64,000 nt of DNA from the human T2T-CHM13v2.0 reference genome, Homo sapiens. The stretch lies in NCBI RefSeq assembly GCF_009914755.1, contig NC_060936.1; one strand, written 5' to 3'. The notes beneath the pieces are model-generated. The model was not told the DNA's origin. It saw nothing but the letters and a program-made list of their open reading frames with translations, and did no database searches. The position numbers and the translations under genes are program-made. Positions 1 through 19,297 of the stretch are shown here, piece after piece (within the stretch, counting starts at the first letter, position 1; each line of letters starts with the position of its first letter).

Positions 1-608
1 AAGGAAGAGAAGAAACAGCACAAGGAAGGAAGAATATAAAATCAGATGTGGGAATCCAGGGGAAAGTGCAAACGAAGCAAGATTGAGAAAATTCTCAAGT
101 TTTTATAAACAGTTCTCACACTCTGCCAGTTCCTTGGAGGTAGACTTTTTTGTTAACTTCCAACTACAGTAGTGAAAAAAAAAAAAAAACCCTCAAATTT
201 GCAAAAGCAGTCTGTGGAATTTTCTTTACCCAGCTTTCCTGACTGTTAACTTTTTAGCACACTTAACTTTATCATTCGTTTATTCTCTCTGTTTAAAATT
301 AAAAATGTAAATTTTAAAAAGTAAAATGTTTGTTGGTTACAAACATTTATACCCCTTTGTCTCTAAATATCATTTCATTTTAAAAAATGAATAATCTAAG
401 CCTACACATTCTAAAATGTGTATATTTTCTAAAAATAAGGGCATTCTCTTACATAACCAATGTCACAATTATTTGATACAGTGATCAAAATCAGGAAACT
501 AACATTGATATAACACTATTATCTAACCTACAGACCATCTTCAAATTTTGTCCTGCTAGTATCTTTTATGGGTCCAGGGTCACACAGTGCATTTGGCTAT
601 AATGTATC

Positions 609-1050
<442 letters not shown>

Positions 1051-1371
1051 TGACTATATTCTAGTCATGCATTTTTGGCAGGACTGTCACAGAAATGTTG
1101 TTGTAGTCTTCTTAGTACATCACATCAGGTACACACTGTTGATCTGATTCATTACTAGTGGTGTTAACTTTGATCACTTGAATAAGGTGGTGTCTGTCAA
1201 ATTTGTCCACCGTAAAGTTACTTGAGCAAAACGTAGCTGGGACTACAGGCGTAGCAAAAAATGTAGCAAAAAGTAGTATTTTTGCTACATTTTTTTTTTA
1301 GGAACAAAGTATTTTTCCCTTTTAAGTTAATCTCTTGTCCATAAAGTTATTATTTTTCCCTTTTAAGTTAA

Positions 1372-1718
<347 letters not shown>

Positions 1719-1943
1719 CTCATAATACTTTTTGCCTACTAATTTTATATTCATTGATTAAATTCTTGCCTGAAAAAATTATTACTGTGGTATTTGCCAA
1801 ATGGCAATTTTCTGTTTCCATCATTGCCTTTCCCCCGCTTTTAAAAGTATAAGTGACAAAGAAAAACTGTATATAAAGTGTACACCATGATATTTTGATA
1901 TATGTATACTTTGTGAAATGATTATCAAAATTGAGTTAAATAA

Positions 1944-2589
<646 letters not shown>

Positions 2590-2865
2590 CACATTACGTT
2601 AGTATTAACTATAATCACCATGCTGTACATTAGATCTCCAAAATGTATTCATCTTATGTAACTTCAAGTTTGTACCCTTTGACCAAAGTCTCCTTGTTTT
2701 CCCTACCCCCAACCCCTGGTAATCACTGCTTTAATCTCAGTTTTTATGAGTTTGACTGGTTTAGATTCCACATACAAATGAGATCAGGCAGTGATGGTTT
2801 ATTTCACTTAGCATAATGTCATCCATGTTCTTGCAAATGACAGGATTTTCTTCTTTTTAAAACTA

Positions 2866-3218
<353 letters not shown>

Positions 3219-3683
3219 TCATGTTACTTTCCCCATATGCTTTCTTCTAGAACTTTTAAGGTTCATCATTCCCTTTTCTGTTTTTAGTTGCAAGCCTACT
3301 ATAAGGAAGGGCTTTTCTTTCTTCCTTATTTATTTATTCATGTCTATCAGAATGGGCACCTTACTACTATTTTTGTTGTTATTGCTTGAATTGACTTGAA
3401 TTTGGCTAGTGGAAACCTTTTCAGATCGGGTACTCTGTCCTTTTGATCTCTTTCCATTTTCAAGCACTTCTTTAGACTTAAGATGGTCTAGGCTCATCTT
3501 CTCCTTTCCCAGCCATTTTTCAAAGGAACCTGATTCCTTTTAGTGAAGAGCAGTATTTTGAAACCAAGATCTGGGCACTGGGTCTACTTGTTTGTACTGG
3601 TACAGTGTTCTTTGAATTGCTAATTAGCTGATCAATTACTGCTCTATTTGAGTTCCCTCTTTCTAAAACCTCACATATGTGTA

Positions 3684-3980
3684 CAGACGGTCCCTGACTT
3701 ATGATGGTTCGACTTATGATTTTTGATTTTATGATGGTTTGAGAGCAATACATCCATTCTGTTTTTCACTTTTCATTCAACACTTTATTTTAAAATAGGG
3801 ATTGTGAGATGATATTGCCCACGTGTAGGCTAATGTAAGTGTTCTGAGCACGTTTAAAGTAGGCTAGGCTAAGCTGTGGTGTTTGGTAGGTTAGATATGT
3901 TAAATGCATTTTCGACTAGTGATATTTTCAACTTATGATGAGTTTATTGGGATGTATCCCCATAAAGTCGAGGAGCATTA
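3684..3980 (-). mobile_element. MER47A (Tigger-type non-autonomous DNA transposon)
   Basis: TA|CAGACGGTCCCTGACTTATGATGG ... GTCGAGGAGCAT..|TA termini. Confidence 0.8.
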
Positions 3981-4504
3981 TACATATCTCTGTATAACAG
4001 AGTGAGTTCCTTATACCTTTCATCCACTTTCCCCTGAAGTTAACATTTTACCTAACCATGATACATTTATCAAAACTAAAACATTAACATCAATACATTG
4101 CTATTAACTAAACTAGAGTTTAATTGGATTTTGCCAGTTTTCCAATGAATATCCTTTTTCTGTTCCTTGATCCAATTCATGGTCACACACTGAGTTTGGT
4201 CACTTGTCACTGTAGTCTTCTCCAATCTGCGACAGCTTCTTAGGCTTTCCTTGTTTTTCATGTACTCTTGACGATTTTTAAGAGTACTGGTCAGATATCT
4301 TGTAGGATATCCCACAACTTGTGTTTAATCTTATGTTTTCTCATGATTAGACTTGAGTAATGGATTTTTGGGAAGAATACCACAGAGGTATATTGTTAAG
4401 TGTTCTCATCACTTGGAGGTAAATGTTATCAACATGGCCTGGTGATGTTAAACTTGTCAGTTTGTTTAGTTAGTATCTGCCAGATTTTTCTCACTGCATA
4501 ATTA

Positions 4505-4834
4505 CAAATCCTCCTTAACTTATGATGGGGTTACAGCCTGATAAGCCCATCATAAATTGAAAATATCATAAGTCAAAAATGCATTTAATGCATCTAAACT
4601 ACTAAACATCACAGCTTAGCCTAGCCTGCCTTGAACGTATTCAGGACACTTACATTAGCCTACAGTTGGGCAAAATCATCTCATGGGAAGCCTGTTTTAT
4701 AATGTGTTGCATATCTTATGTAATGTGTTGAGTACTGTACTCAGAATGAAAAACAGAAGGGTTGTATTGCTTTTGCACCATCATAAAATCAAAAAAACCA
4801 TAAGGCAAACCATCATGAAGTTGGGGACTGCCTG
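4505..4834 (+). mobile_element. MER47A (Tigger-type non-autonomous DNA transposon)
   Basis: TA|CAAATCCTCCTTAACTTATGATGGGGTTAC ... GTTGGGGACTGCCTG|TA; internal 'gcttagcctagcctgccttgaacgt'. Confidence 0.8.
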
Positions 4835-5807
4835 TACTTTTTTCCTCTTTCCCTGTTCAATTCCTTGGAAGAAAGTCATTTAGTTCAGACCATACTCAAG
4901 AAAAGGGAAATAAAGCTCCATCTCTTGGAGCTTAATTGAAACTGGAATGACTAGTTTCTATATACATTATTTAGAATCCTTTTGTAAGAAAGATTTGTTC
5001 CTTCTCTCCATTTATTTATTCCATTATTTATATTGATAGAGACGCATGTACATTTATTTTATACTTTGGGTTATAATCTATTTTTCTTGCTCAAATTGTT
5101 ACAGCTTTGGTCACTGGGAGGTTCTTCAGATTGGCTCCTGTGTCATTTGACATGTCCCCACCCTCTCGTTTCTGAGTACTTCTCTACTTTGGCATTACAA
5201 AAGATGTTCCAGGCTCCTCTTATATTTTTCCCTGCCGCAGCCCTAGAATCATCCATTTTTCTATGGTGCCCTGGTTCCTTTTACTTTAGATGGGGGTTTA
5301 GAAACCAATCTGGGTGTTGGGTGTGCTCATTGCTACTGGAATCACTGCTTCTAGGCCCTCTCAGCAGATAGAGCTAGAAAACATATGGCTGTATATGAAT
5401 CCATGGATTCATATATATCTATAATTGTTTTCTGTATCTGGCCATCTATATATATATTAAGCTAAACATGAATTCATACTGATGTCTCAGACTCGAATCC
5501 ATTGCCGCAGGGCTCATTCTTGCCTTCCTCTTGCTTATTTGTGACTTCTTTCTCTAACAGGGAGAAACCCCAGTCTCATTATCACCAACCTATCTACTCA
5601 TTTGTTCAACCCTGGTATAGGTGTAAAGTAGTTTCAGAATTACTAACCTATACCCATGTGAGAATTGTATTTGCACTTCTTGTTTGAAGGAAATACATAC
5701 AACACAGGTAGCGTCTCTACACTTCAGTATACAGAGATCTGAACAGTGTTCTCTCTGAGTGAATCATATTGCAGGACAGAAATTACTTTTAAAAATTCTG
5801 TAATGGG

Positions 5808-6094
<287 letters not shown>

Positions 6095-6495
6095 TTCCAT
6101 AATGATAGCAGAGCTGGAATAGAAATGGGATTGCACAGGCTGAATCTGAGTTGTTGCAACAGTAAACGAGCAAGATTTAAACTGGCCTTGTGTAGCACTT
6201 GCTATTTGGCTCCTCATATTTTATTAGACGCTTATTCTTTTTTGTTTGGTGTCATTCCTTTGAGAAATATTTGAGTGCCTTTTCTGTTGCAGACATTGAT
6301 TAGATGCTGAGGTTGTAACAATGAAGAAGATAGCCATCGCTGTTGCCTCATGGAACTGAAGTTTTACTAGATGTAAAATTTGAGTTAACATGAGGCCGTG
6401 CCCCTATGTGCCCTATTGTTTCTTCACACAGCTCCCTTCATCTCCTTGGTCCAATGAAAAGGTTTTTTCATACTTGTTCATTCATTCCTGCATTA

Positions 6496-7122
<627 letters not shown>

Positions 7123-7934
7123 CTAGGCTAGAGCAGCTGCAGGGTCAGTGAGGAGCTGCCGCAGTGCTGCACGTGAGAACCCGTCATGGTTTGGTCAGGG
7201 TGGGCAGGACTGACAGTGAGCACAGAGCGAAGTAAAACCAGCAAAATTTCATGATTGGATAGTGGAAGGAATCATGGTGTTTGTAGTCTTCAAATGTGAA
7301 CCCAGAGTGCACTGGACAAGTAGTCTAGGCTGCTCTGTAACCAAGGCAAGTGTTTTCATTTTACCCTCTCTTCCTGCTCTTGGCCTTTGGATTTTTTGTA
7401 ATTTAAGGTTTATGAATGTAATCAGTTACTTAACATGGAAAGATACTTAATACCAGATGATTTTGGAGTCTTGTGATCAATACCTTCTCTCAATCTTGGG
7501 TGTGTGTCAGTTGGCAAGGCCATAAAATTTGTTATAAACATTGCAGAAGGCTTGGTTACTGTGCTGTGACGTTGAATTTGGGTGGAGATAGATCAATTTC
7601 AGTTGATTTTCTAGGCTTCAGAAACACATTACCCTCTACTCCACAAACACAAATCAAAACAAAACAATCCCTATTCCCTGAGCATTTCTCTTGATCTATA
7701 ACACAGCCTGGGCTGTCACAGTACTAAGACAAGCCCATCTGATTTGTGAGTCAGTTTTATTTCTTGGTCTTCTACATAAGCTAAAAAGTTTCAACATTTT
7801 AATGCTTTTCCTTGGATTCCTTTGAGTCATTGAAGTAATTCCTGTTTCATTTGTACTAATTATTCCACACTAGAAAATTCTGTTGTAATCACTTTATGTA
7901 TTAATAGAAATACTGATTTTTATTTTCAAGGAAG

Positions 7935-8110
7935 TATTGAGTAGGGAGGGGGAAATAGGGATTTGCTGTTCAATGGGTATAGAGTTTCAGTAATACAAGA
8001 CAAAAAACTTCAGAGATCTTCTATACAGCAGTGGGTATATAGTTAACAATACTGCACATCTAACAGTTTGTTAAGAGGGTAGATCTCATGTCATGTGTTT
8101 TTAAAAATTG
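7935..8110 (+). mobile_element. L1MB-like 3' end fragment
   Basis: 'aatgggtatagagtttcagt...gttaagagggtagatctcatg'. Confidence 0.7.
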
Positions 8111-8239
8111 CTTTTAAAAAAAGTATCGAGTAAAAAAGCAGTTTTACTCCTCAGTTTCTATTTATATTTAAAATTTTTATTTAAAAAGTGAGTTGAGATT
8201 TTTAAACCTCAGGATAAGTTTTATTTTTTAAAAAATTTA

Positions 8240-9978
<1,739 letters not shown>

Positions 9979-10239
9979 TAGTATTTGATATGGCTACCCT
10001 AAGGGCAATCCTATAGTGAAGTCAACATTAGATAATGATGCTCATCTGATGGATTAGATTTTCAGAGTTGGCTGTTTCCAGGTGCCTATAGGAGTAGAAA
10101 AGGGTGACAAACCTCCTAACTAGATGTCCTACCAAATATAGTTCACTCCACATCTGAGATGAGACTGCATGACTGCTGGTTTTCTTTGCCTTTTCCCCCC
10201 CAGGGTATCATCAGAACCAAAAATAAAGTTTTAAAGGTG

Positions 10240-10619
<380 letters not shown>

Positions 10620-11003
10620 TCATTCTTGTGTGCCATTTCTAGTTGGGGTGAATTTGTTTTCGGAGTTCCTTTCCCAGCTGTTTGCCTGAAAAACCATGAA
10701 ATGTGTTCCACATGAACTATGAAATGATTAGATGCTAATGTGGCAAAGAAAGTGTGAATTCTCTTGTAGAAACAGGGACATTTGGTTCGGTACAGTAAGT
10801 TGTTAATGCGTGACTCTGTGCTTTCAAATTCTGTGGTTCAAAAGTACTTTTCACTCCTACTGTGTATTTACCTTGAGAAGGTGAATCCCCTAACAATTTG
10901 GTCAATGTATCAGTATTCTCAACCCGTCTATCAATTTTTTTTTCTTTCTCCCTCTTTTTTCTTTTTTTGGGCAAAATACCTTTTTTGCTTTTTATCCCCT
11001 TAA

Positions 11004-11159
<156 letters not shown>

Positions 11160-11336
11160 TAAGTAGTGCTGAAGGAAATTCTTTTTACCTGGTCATGGTG
11201 GTTTAAAAAGGTTTAAAAAACAAAAACAAAAACAAAACACAAGTTTGTAGCACATGCCTTTCACTGGTGCACGTTCCTGTTGCCCTACTGTTAGTGTATC
11301 TGTGACTGGTGATATCTATTGATTGTGTTAATGCTA

Positions 11337-11670
<334 letters not shown>

Positions 11671-11929
11671 ATTCCTAAACTGAAGGCTGACTGCTATGCT
11701 AGCTAGGATTATATGGGATTTTAAGTATATCAAGTGGTGGTTCTCCAAGAAGAATCTAATTTTTCTTTTGATGGGCTGGGGATTGTAACAAAGGAAGGTC
11801 ATATGTCTTAATGATGTGTTAAGGCTCTTTGCAAAATCAAAGTAAATAAATTGACCACTAATGTGTCAGCCCAGCCATGTTCTGCTCATTTGCCACCAGT
11901 CAACAGAAATCTACTTTGGGTGTTTAAAC

Positions 11930-12150
11930 CAGGAGTCAGCAAACTACAGCTCACAAGGCCAGATGTGGGCCATGGCCTGTTACTGTATGGCCTGTTAATG
12001 GTTTTAAAGGGTTGTAAAACAAAAGAACACAAAACAAAGACCCAATAACAAAACAAAGCCCGAAGAATAATATGCGACAGAGACCATGTATGGCATATAG
12101 AGCCTAAAATACTGACTCTCAAGCCCTTCCCAGAAATCCTTCCCGACTCC
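11930..12150. mobile_element. MER58-like hAT element
   Basis: 'caggagtcagcaaactacagctcac' terminus. Confidence 0.6.
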
Positions 12151-12878
12151 TTGTTGAAAACACGGTAGGAAAGCATTTGTCAAATTGAGGATATGAATAG
12201 CAATTGTAAGTTATTATTTTTCTATATATTCGAAAGTCACTTGCTAGTATAACATTTACCTTTTATTTTTCCCTAAGAATCTTCTCTCTGTTTGCTTTCG
12301 ACATGGATTTTTAAACCCCTGCAGATTTTAATATTCTATATAAATGTTTTAGGTGGCATATATGAGGTTTGTATTAACATTTGCTTTCTATTTAACATTG
12401 AAATGAAATTATACAGCAGAGGTATTTTCTCGTCCAAGTTGCCACTTCTTTCTATCTTTTTTCTTTTCTTTCCCAGTGGACTGCCTGGGAAAATTGATAT
12501 TTTAAATTGCTCTCTGCAATAATTTGCAATGGAACTGGAATGCCAGGGTTCTGAGTCCTTGCCAGACAGCTCGTCCCTCCTGTTGGCATGACTGAGTCAG
12601 CTGTCATGATTCCCTCAGTACCAGTGGCATGCCTGTGACAGACAGCCTGTCTGCCTTTCATTCCCGTCGTCTCCCTTGTAGGGTTCAGATCCAGGATACA
12701 CTGGTCCTGGAGCCCCTCTCAGCCTGGCACCCACAGCTGCTGGGTTCCTTACTCTCCTGGACTGCTCTGATGTCATCTCCCTGCTCAGCAGAAAGAAGTC
12801 TGGGATCTTGATGCTTTGGCCCTCTGTCCTAGGCCCTAAACCACCCATTGCCCTTCACATAACCTGAGCTGGGGCTAA

Positions 12879-13393
<515 letters not shown>

Positions 13394-13528
13394 GTTATTT
13401 CACTTCTGCCTCTGTAATTATATTGCTGTATGGCTATCTCTTCTCTCCCTGGGAATGTCAGGTCCTAGGCACAGGAACTGTGTCTGTACCATATCTGGTG
13501 CCCAAAGAATGTAGTATGTGTTTTATAG

Positions 13529-13666
<138 letters not shown>

Positions 13667-13698
13667 GAAAACCTGCCAAAACTTCAGCACAGAAATAG
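13667..13698 (+). other. PTPN11: 3'UTR portion of PTPN11 exon 15 (32 nt)
   Basis: Donor AG|GTATTT at 13699; exon 15 totals 102 nt. Confidence 0.9.
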
Positions 13699-14726
<1,028 letters not shown>

Positions 14727-15504
14727 ATGTGGACTTTCACCCTCTCCCTAAAAAGATCAAGAACAGACGCAAGAAAGTTTATGTGAAGACAGAATTTGGA
14801 TTTGGAAGGCTTGCAATGTGGTTGACTACCTTTTGATAAGCAAAATTTGAAACCATTTAAAGACCACTGTATTTTAACTCAACAATACCTGCTTCCCAAT
14901 TACTCATTTCCTCAGATAAGAAGAAATCATCTCTACAATGTAGACAACATTATATTTTATAGAATTTGTTTGAAATTGAGGAAGCAGTTAAATTGTGCGC
15001 TGTATTTTGCAGATTATGGGGATTCAAATTCTAGTAATAGGCTTTTTTATTTTTATTTTTATACCCTTAACCAGTTTAATTTTTTTTTTCCTCATTGTTG
15101 GGGATGATGAGAAGAAATGATTTGGGAAAATTAAGTAACAACGACCTAGAAAAGTGAGAACAATCTCATTTACCATCATGTATCCAGTAGTGGATAATTC
15201 ATTTTGATGGCTTCTATTTTTGGCCAAATGAGAATTAAGCCAGTGCCTGAGACTGTCAGAAGTTGACCTTTGCACTGGCATTAAAGAGTCATAGAAAAAG
15301 AATCATGGATATTTATGAATTAAGGTAAGAGGTGTGGCTTTTTTTTTTTTCTTTTTTCCAGCCGTTGACCAATTATAGTTCGGCTGTTGACTGAGAAGTT
15401 TGTGGTGGGAAAACGTTTGCCATATTTTCTTTGCATTTGAATAATTGTCTTGTACTTAGAAAAAAGGCGTCTATGAATGACCAGTGTTTTTGGTCGCCAA
15501 ATGT

Positions 15505-15848
15505 TGCTGACAAACTTATCCCAAAACTTTAGTGGCTTAAAAAAACCTGCCCCCAACTGTTAGTCAATCTGAGCTGGGCTCAGCTGGGCTGTTCTTCTGC
15601 CAGCCTGCAGGTGGCCACTCATGTGGTCAGCAGGTCGGCGGAGAGACTGGGATGGCTGGGCTTCTCTCTCTGCCTGCAGTCCTGAGTCTCTCCTTCTTCG
15701 TGTAGTCTCTTTCAGTGGCCTGGCTGGCAGGGTAGCTAGACCTCTCACATGCAGCTCAGAGCTCCCAAGAGCTCAAAAGCAGAAATGGCCAGGCCTTCTG
15801 AAAACTTAAGTCCAGAATTGTCACAGTGTCCCTTCTACTTCCCTCTAT

Positions 15849-15895
<47 letters not shown>

Positions 15896-15985
15896 GTTTT
15901 TTCTAATCAGAAGAAAGCTGGGGTATGCCCTCTACTTACTAAACAAGTCACAAGCCCAGCTCAGATTCAAGAAAAGGGTGTGAAG
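15505..15985. mobile_element. Old MaLR LTR (MLT1J/K-like) inside the PTPN11 3'UTR
   Basis: 'ccaaaactttagtggcttaaaa', 'ccagaattgtcacagtgtc', 'caagtcacaagcccagctcagattcaag' resemble recalled MLT1 consensus. Confidence 0.55.
15851..15895 (+). repeat. (ATG)15 trinucleotide microsatellite in 3'UTR
   Basis: Direct count. Confidence 0.97.
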
Positions 15986-18738
15986 TAGAGGTGCAGTTAA
16001 GTGGGGGGCCACTAGTCTAACAGACGGTCACAACCAGTGCCATGGAAAACCAAGGATATTAGCAAAAGCAGAAGTTGCTAGTGACCTTGGGAAGCCGAAG
16101 CTGCTTACAGTAGCTGGGACAAGCTGAAAGTCAGACTAAGAAATAAAGAGAGGGCCTTCAAGAAGCTTCCTGAATGATTTCTGCTAGCCCTGAGCCTATT
16201 TTTGGAACCAGCACTTGGGGAAACTGATCTTGTGAGGATGGATGTGTTTAGGGACACAGGGCTTTTGAGAGCAGCACCACCCCACTGGGGCATCCCCAGA
16301 CTTGGGAAACGTGACTCTTTCTTAATGCCACTGGGTTTTAGTCAGGCCACAGTGAGAAGGAACAGCCCTAACAGGCCTCCAGCCAGGTTGAATGAGCTCA
16401 TTTTTGTTGTAGCCAACCAGTAAGATTTGCTAATGTTCTACATTAAGTGCCTTCTCCAAAGACATCCCTCTTTGCCTCATATGTTGAATCATCCAGTGCG
16501 GATATTTCAATGAAAATATCATTGGTTGACTTTTGTGATGGTAATAATGCTATGGCATCTTTGCCATGAAGTTGTGGCCTCCTTGGATTCTTCTGACTTT
16601 GGCTTCTGAAAGGAAGGCCTAGATCCAGCCCTGGTGGTAGTTCCTTTCTGAGGTCTCTCAGTCCCTTGAGACTTTGGGGTAGTTTGGCTGCCATTCTCAC
16701 TGACAAAATGTATATCAGCCCCCACCTCCACCCCCCAATATTCCTTGAACTTTGAATTGCTTCAGAACACAGGTGTGGCCTGAAGGTATTCCCTTATTAG
16801 GGAAGTGTCACTGCTGTCTTCTAGTCAAACTTGTAAAGAAAAAGATTCCAGTTCAGTATTTGCAGCAAGAAGCTTGAATGCTGTTCTTTTTATCGCATTG
16901 TTACATCGACTCATTCTCCATTTTGCTTTGGTTTTGTCTTGACTTGACTTGACTTTGGGGGTAAAGTCTTTCACCAGCACACAAGAGTTTGATTGTACAA
17001 ATATATCTTCTGCATTAACATCTCTGCCTGTTGCTTAAGATCAGTTGCTTTTATACTCAGAATGGAAATACCTGATCTTGGCTAGTTTTGTTATAAGATA
17101 TTGATTTCATTTAGATTTCCCTCCACGAGGTCAGCAAACTATCATGTTCTTATGTAAACTTAGGCCAAGGCCAGAGTTATCATAGTCCCTAGGTTGCTAC
17201 GGCTTATCATGTGCTTGGTAAAAGGTGATCGCAGGTTCTCAGACGAGTTTACTTTACATGAGATGGAATCAGGCAGAGAGGCTGGGATGATGGAGAAAGC
17301 TCGAGGTGAAGTTTTAAAAAAAAAGTTGTGGAAAGGAAAGTTCCAAAGAGGTGGTTTCTGAGGAAGTCAGAGCGCCCAGGGCCAGAGCAGTCAGTAATGG
17401 GTGAATGAGGTTGTTTGGAAAGTCGGTGTGACAGACACATGGATGCCATCTACTTCTAGGTTGCTGGTGGGTATTAAATATGCACAATATTCCATAGCTC
17501 ACTGAGGATTTTAAAATTATAAGCATAGGATTTTATATTTTGGGGTGAAAGAATTATCTGGCACATTAGGTATTGGAGTTTAAAAAAAAAGCCAAATTTC
17601 ACAGTCTTAATAACTTTTTTTAAAAAAAACTAAAAGGCGCTTCATGTCCAGTGTGTGGCCCTTCTGAAACTTATGGTCATCTCTCCCACTGAAACCAAGG
17701 TCTTTTCAAATGTGGCTAAATGGGGATGAGGAGACACGGGTAGGACTTTCTTGGTGTGTGTGCATTCTTTAAAGAGCCAAGTTGCTTCGGGGAAACAGCC
17801 AGGAAAATGGTCAAGATTATTTTTAGAGGTTATTTTATTGGGGATTTTAAGAACTAATAACATCTTGAGTTATTTTTAATTCAGGGGGATGTGGAAAGGT
17901 TTGCAATTGTCAAGTGTTTTGTTGTAGCTTAGTATCCATAAGGGAAACTTAGACTATAGACATAACTACAAAGCCAGTGCAGCTTTTGTTTTCTGTATGT
18001 TGTTGGGGGATCAACTTTCACACATAGCAAGCACATGGCCTCCCTGATGTCAGGATGCCTTTGTTAGGATCTGTATTTGCCCTTAATTTTGTTGAAATCT
18101 TTTTTCCTTCTTCCTCTTGAAAAGTTCCAAAATATAGTTTATTGTATCTTTCATCACTAAAAATTTGTTCCTTTTTCACTATGGGCAGTTCACACAAGGC
18201 AAAAACTATTGAACAGTTGGTTTTAGTGTGTTGTATAACTTTGCTGTATATCAAACTAATTTTGACAAGTTTTCATCCTAAGCCTCAAATCATGTAATTA
18301 ATAATTTGCCTGTTTATTTATGACCTAATTGTGATTCTTTTATTAATAAAAGCTAATGGGAAAAGGATCCCTGATTAAGCTGATGACTAGACCTACAATT
18401 AATTTTCCTGCAGTATATGAAGTATTGTACCAGAGTATTAAAAGATATGTAATATTTTATTGATAAATCTATCCTTTAAAAGGAATACGTTTTAGGATGT
18501 CATCATTTTGATGTGAATCATGTAAATGTTGATAATATGCTGTTTATTATACATTTAGTGTTTCAAGAGATTCACTTAATTGCCTTTTTGCCCACGTATA
18601 TTATGTAGTCTATTTGCAACTGTTCTTAAAAAAATGACATTAAAAGAATAGTTTATGTAGAGAAACATTAGTGGATGTTAATTGTCTCCCCACCTATATT
18701 TATGGGTGTTAGCGCAACTGCTTTGCTAGTTGCAAAGC

Positions 18739-18831
18739 TGTATTATCAGAGTAAAAGTGTATTTGTAAACTGTATGGGAACTAAAAATTAGGAATAAAAC
18801 CATTTTCTTATATGATGGCATTTGTCGTTTG
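18739..18831 (+). terminator. PTPN11: Main PTPN11 cleavage/polyadenylation signal
   Basis: Four UGUA (18739, 18758, 18764, 18771), AATAAA 18793-18798, CA at 18819-18820, downstream GU/U-rich TTTGTCGTTTG 18821-18831. Confidence 0.85.
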
Positions 18832-19079
18832 CTTCATCAGAAATGTCCAGGAAAAAAATGGGATTATTGGTCACTCCACCTCTCACACTGGCAAAATACT
18901 GACATTTAGCAGCTCTTATCTAGAAGTGACTTGGAACATAGAATAAAGGCATGAGTTCCTGAAGAATTCATTGAGTGTTTCCTGTAGAAATAGCTTTAGG
19001 AGATAGGGAGTTCTATCTGGGAGAACATATGAGTAACTCAAGAGTAAAAAGTATAGTCTGTGTAAACTATAGAAGAAAT

Positions 19080-19200
19080 GCTGGGCATGGTGGCGCGCCC
19101 CTGTAATCTCAGCTACTTGGAGGCTGAGACGGGAGGATTCCTTGAACCCAGGAGCCCAGGAGTTTTAGACCAGTCTGGGTAACATAGTGAGACCCTTTCT
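19080..19200 (+). mobile_element. Alu monomer (FLAM-like)
   Basis: Single-arm Alu ending 'gtgagaccct'. Confidence 0.8.
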
Positions 19201-19229
19201 CACCTACTCTCACTGCATGCCCCCCAAAA

Positions 19230-19258
19230 ATATATATGTGCGCGCACGCGCGCGCACA

Positions 19259-19294
<36 letters not shown>
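19230..19294. repeat. Alternating purine-pyrimidine tract (AT)n(GT)(GC)n(AC)n
   Basis: 65 bp of unbroken R/Y alternation. Confidence 0.95.

Positions 19295-19297
<3 letters not shown>

Larger units (their letters stand above)
14727..18820 (+). other. PTPN11: PTPN11 exon 16, non-coding terminal exon / long 3'UTR (~4.1 kb)
   Basis: Acceptor cttatttcttccccAG at 14725-14726; Alu-free AU-rich sequence; ends at canonical poly(A) site. Confidence 0.9.

Noticed and set aside
15749-15988. 79-aa ORF with poly-methionine
   Set aside because: By-product of the (ATG)15 microsatellite in the 3'UTR; no evidence of translation.
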